This document shows, piece after piece, positions 63,455 to 64,000 of a stretch of DNA of 64,000 nt. This DNA comes from Squalus acanthias. Taxonomy: Eukaryota. Made by a program: the position numbers and the translations under genes. The notes beneath the pieces were generated by a model. The model was not told the DNA's origin. It made no database searches and saw nothing but the letters and a program-made list of their open reading frames with translations. The DNA lies in NCBI GenBank assembly GCA_030390025.1, contig CM059433.1:26662001-26726000 (forward strand). The letters are read 5' to 3'. The first letter of the stretch is position 1; each line of letters begins with the position of its first letter.

Positions 63455-63830
63455 GATGTGGTTAAGTCCGAAACTAGGGTCTTAAATTTAAACAAAGCCA
63501 ATTACAGAGGTATGAGGGGTGAGTTGGCTAAGATAAAATGGGAAATTAGATTAAAAGATATGATGGTAGATAAGCAATGGCAAACATTTAAAGAAGTAAT
63601 TCATAATTCACAATGAATATACATTCCCTTGAGAAACAGAGAGTAGGAATACACGGGTAATTTTCGGGATGGCAGGCTGTAACTAGTGGAGTGCCGCAAG
63701 GATCAGTGCTTGGGCCTCAGCTATTTACAATCTATATCAATGAGTTAGATGAGGGGACCGAGTGTAATATATCCAAGTTTGCTGATGATGTAAAGCAAGG
63801 TGGGAAAGTAAGCTGTGAGGTGGACACGTG
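63455..63830 (+). mobile_element. CR1 ORF2 fragments
   Basis: TRVLNLNKANY...QWQTFK joined to [13 protein letters not shown]...KFADD. Confidence 0.85.
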
Positions 63831-64000
63831 GGGGGCGATTTTCCCAGACCCGAGGAGGCGGGTTTGGAGGCGAGATAAGCGGGAAAATCTCAAAAAATGA
63901 GTGCGGGTTCGGAACCCGCCTCCAACCCGCCTCTGCGCAATTTTGCCAGAGGCGGTTTTGCTGGGTGCGAAACGGTCCCGCCTCCAGCAGGCCAAAGAGG
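63831..64000. mobile_element. Left end of a Harbinger-type MITE (runs off the window)
   Basis: Begins GGGGGCGATTTT like MITE 1. GGCGGG/CCCGCC subterminal motifs. Confidence 0.75.

Noticed and set aside
62636..63616. 326-aa ORF
   Set aside because: Chance fusion of CR1 fragments through the 11-bp array.

Overview
This window is vertebrate genomic DNA. The repeat repertoire (CR1 LINEs, Deu-domain SINEs, Penelope-like elements, PIF/Harbinger transposons) suggests a cartilaginous fish, which is an inference. The whole window lies inside one minus-strand gene, BMP5. Three internal coding exons are present with canonical AG/GT sites and matching phases (45719-45911, 40123-40271, 8192-8389). The first and terminal exons were not found here. 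The introns are filled with nested mobile elements. Main observations: (1) an apparently intact two-gene Harbinger DNA transposon (18373-22714) with TIRs, a TAT target-site duplication, an uninterrupted 386-aa DDE transposase and a convergent three-exon Myb/SANT gene of about 488 aa, plus three decayed relatives and many MITEs; (2) a young Penelope-like insertion with inverted terminal repeats, each holding a minimal hammerhead-ribozyme motif; (3) a LINE with a tRNA-like head, inserted with a 5' inversion and flanked by a 202-bp direct repeat; (4) satellites expanded inside MITEs. All coordinates were read by eye and family names are by motif recognition, not database search.
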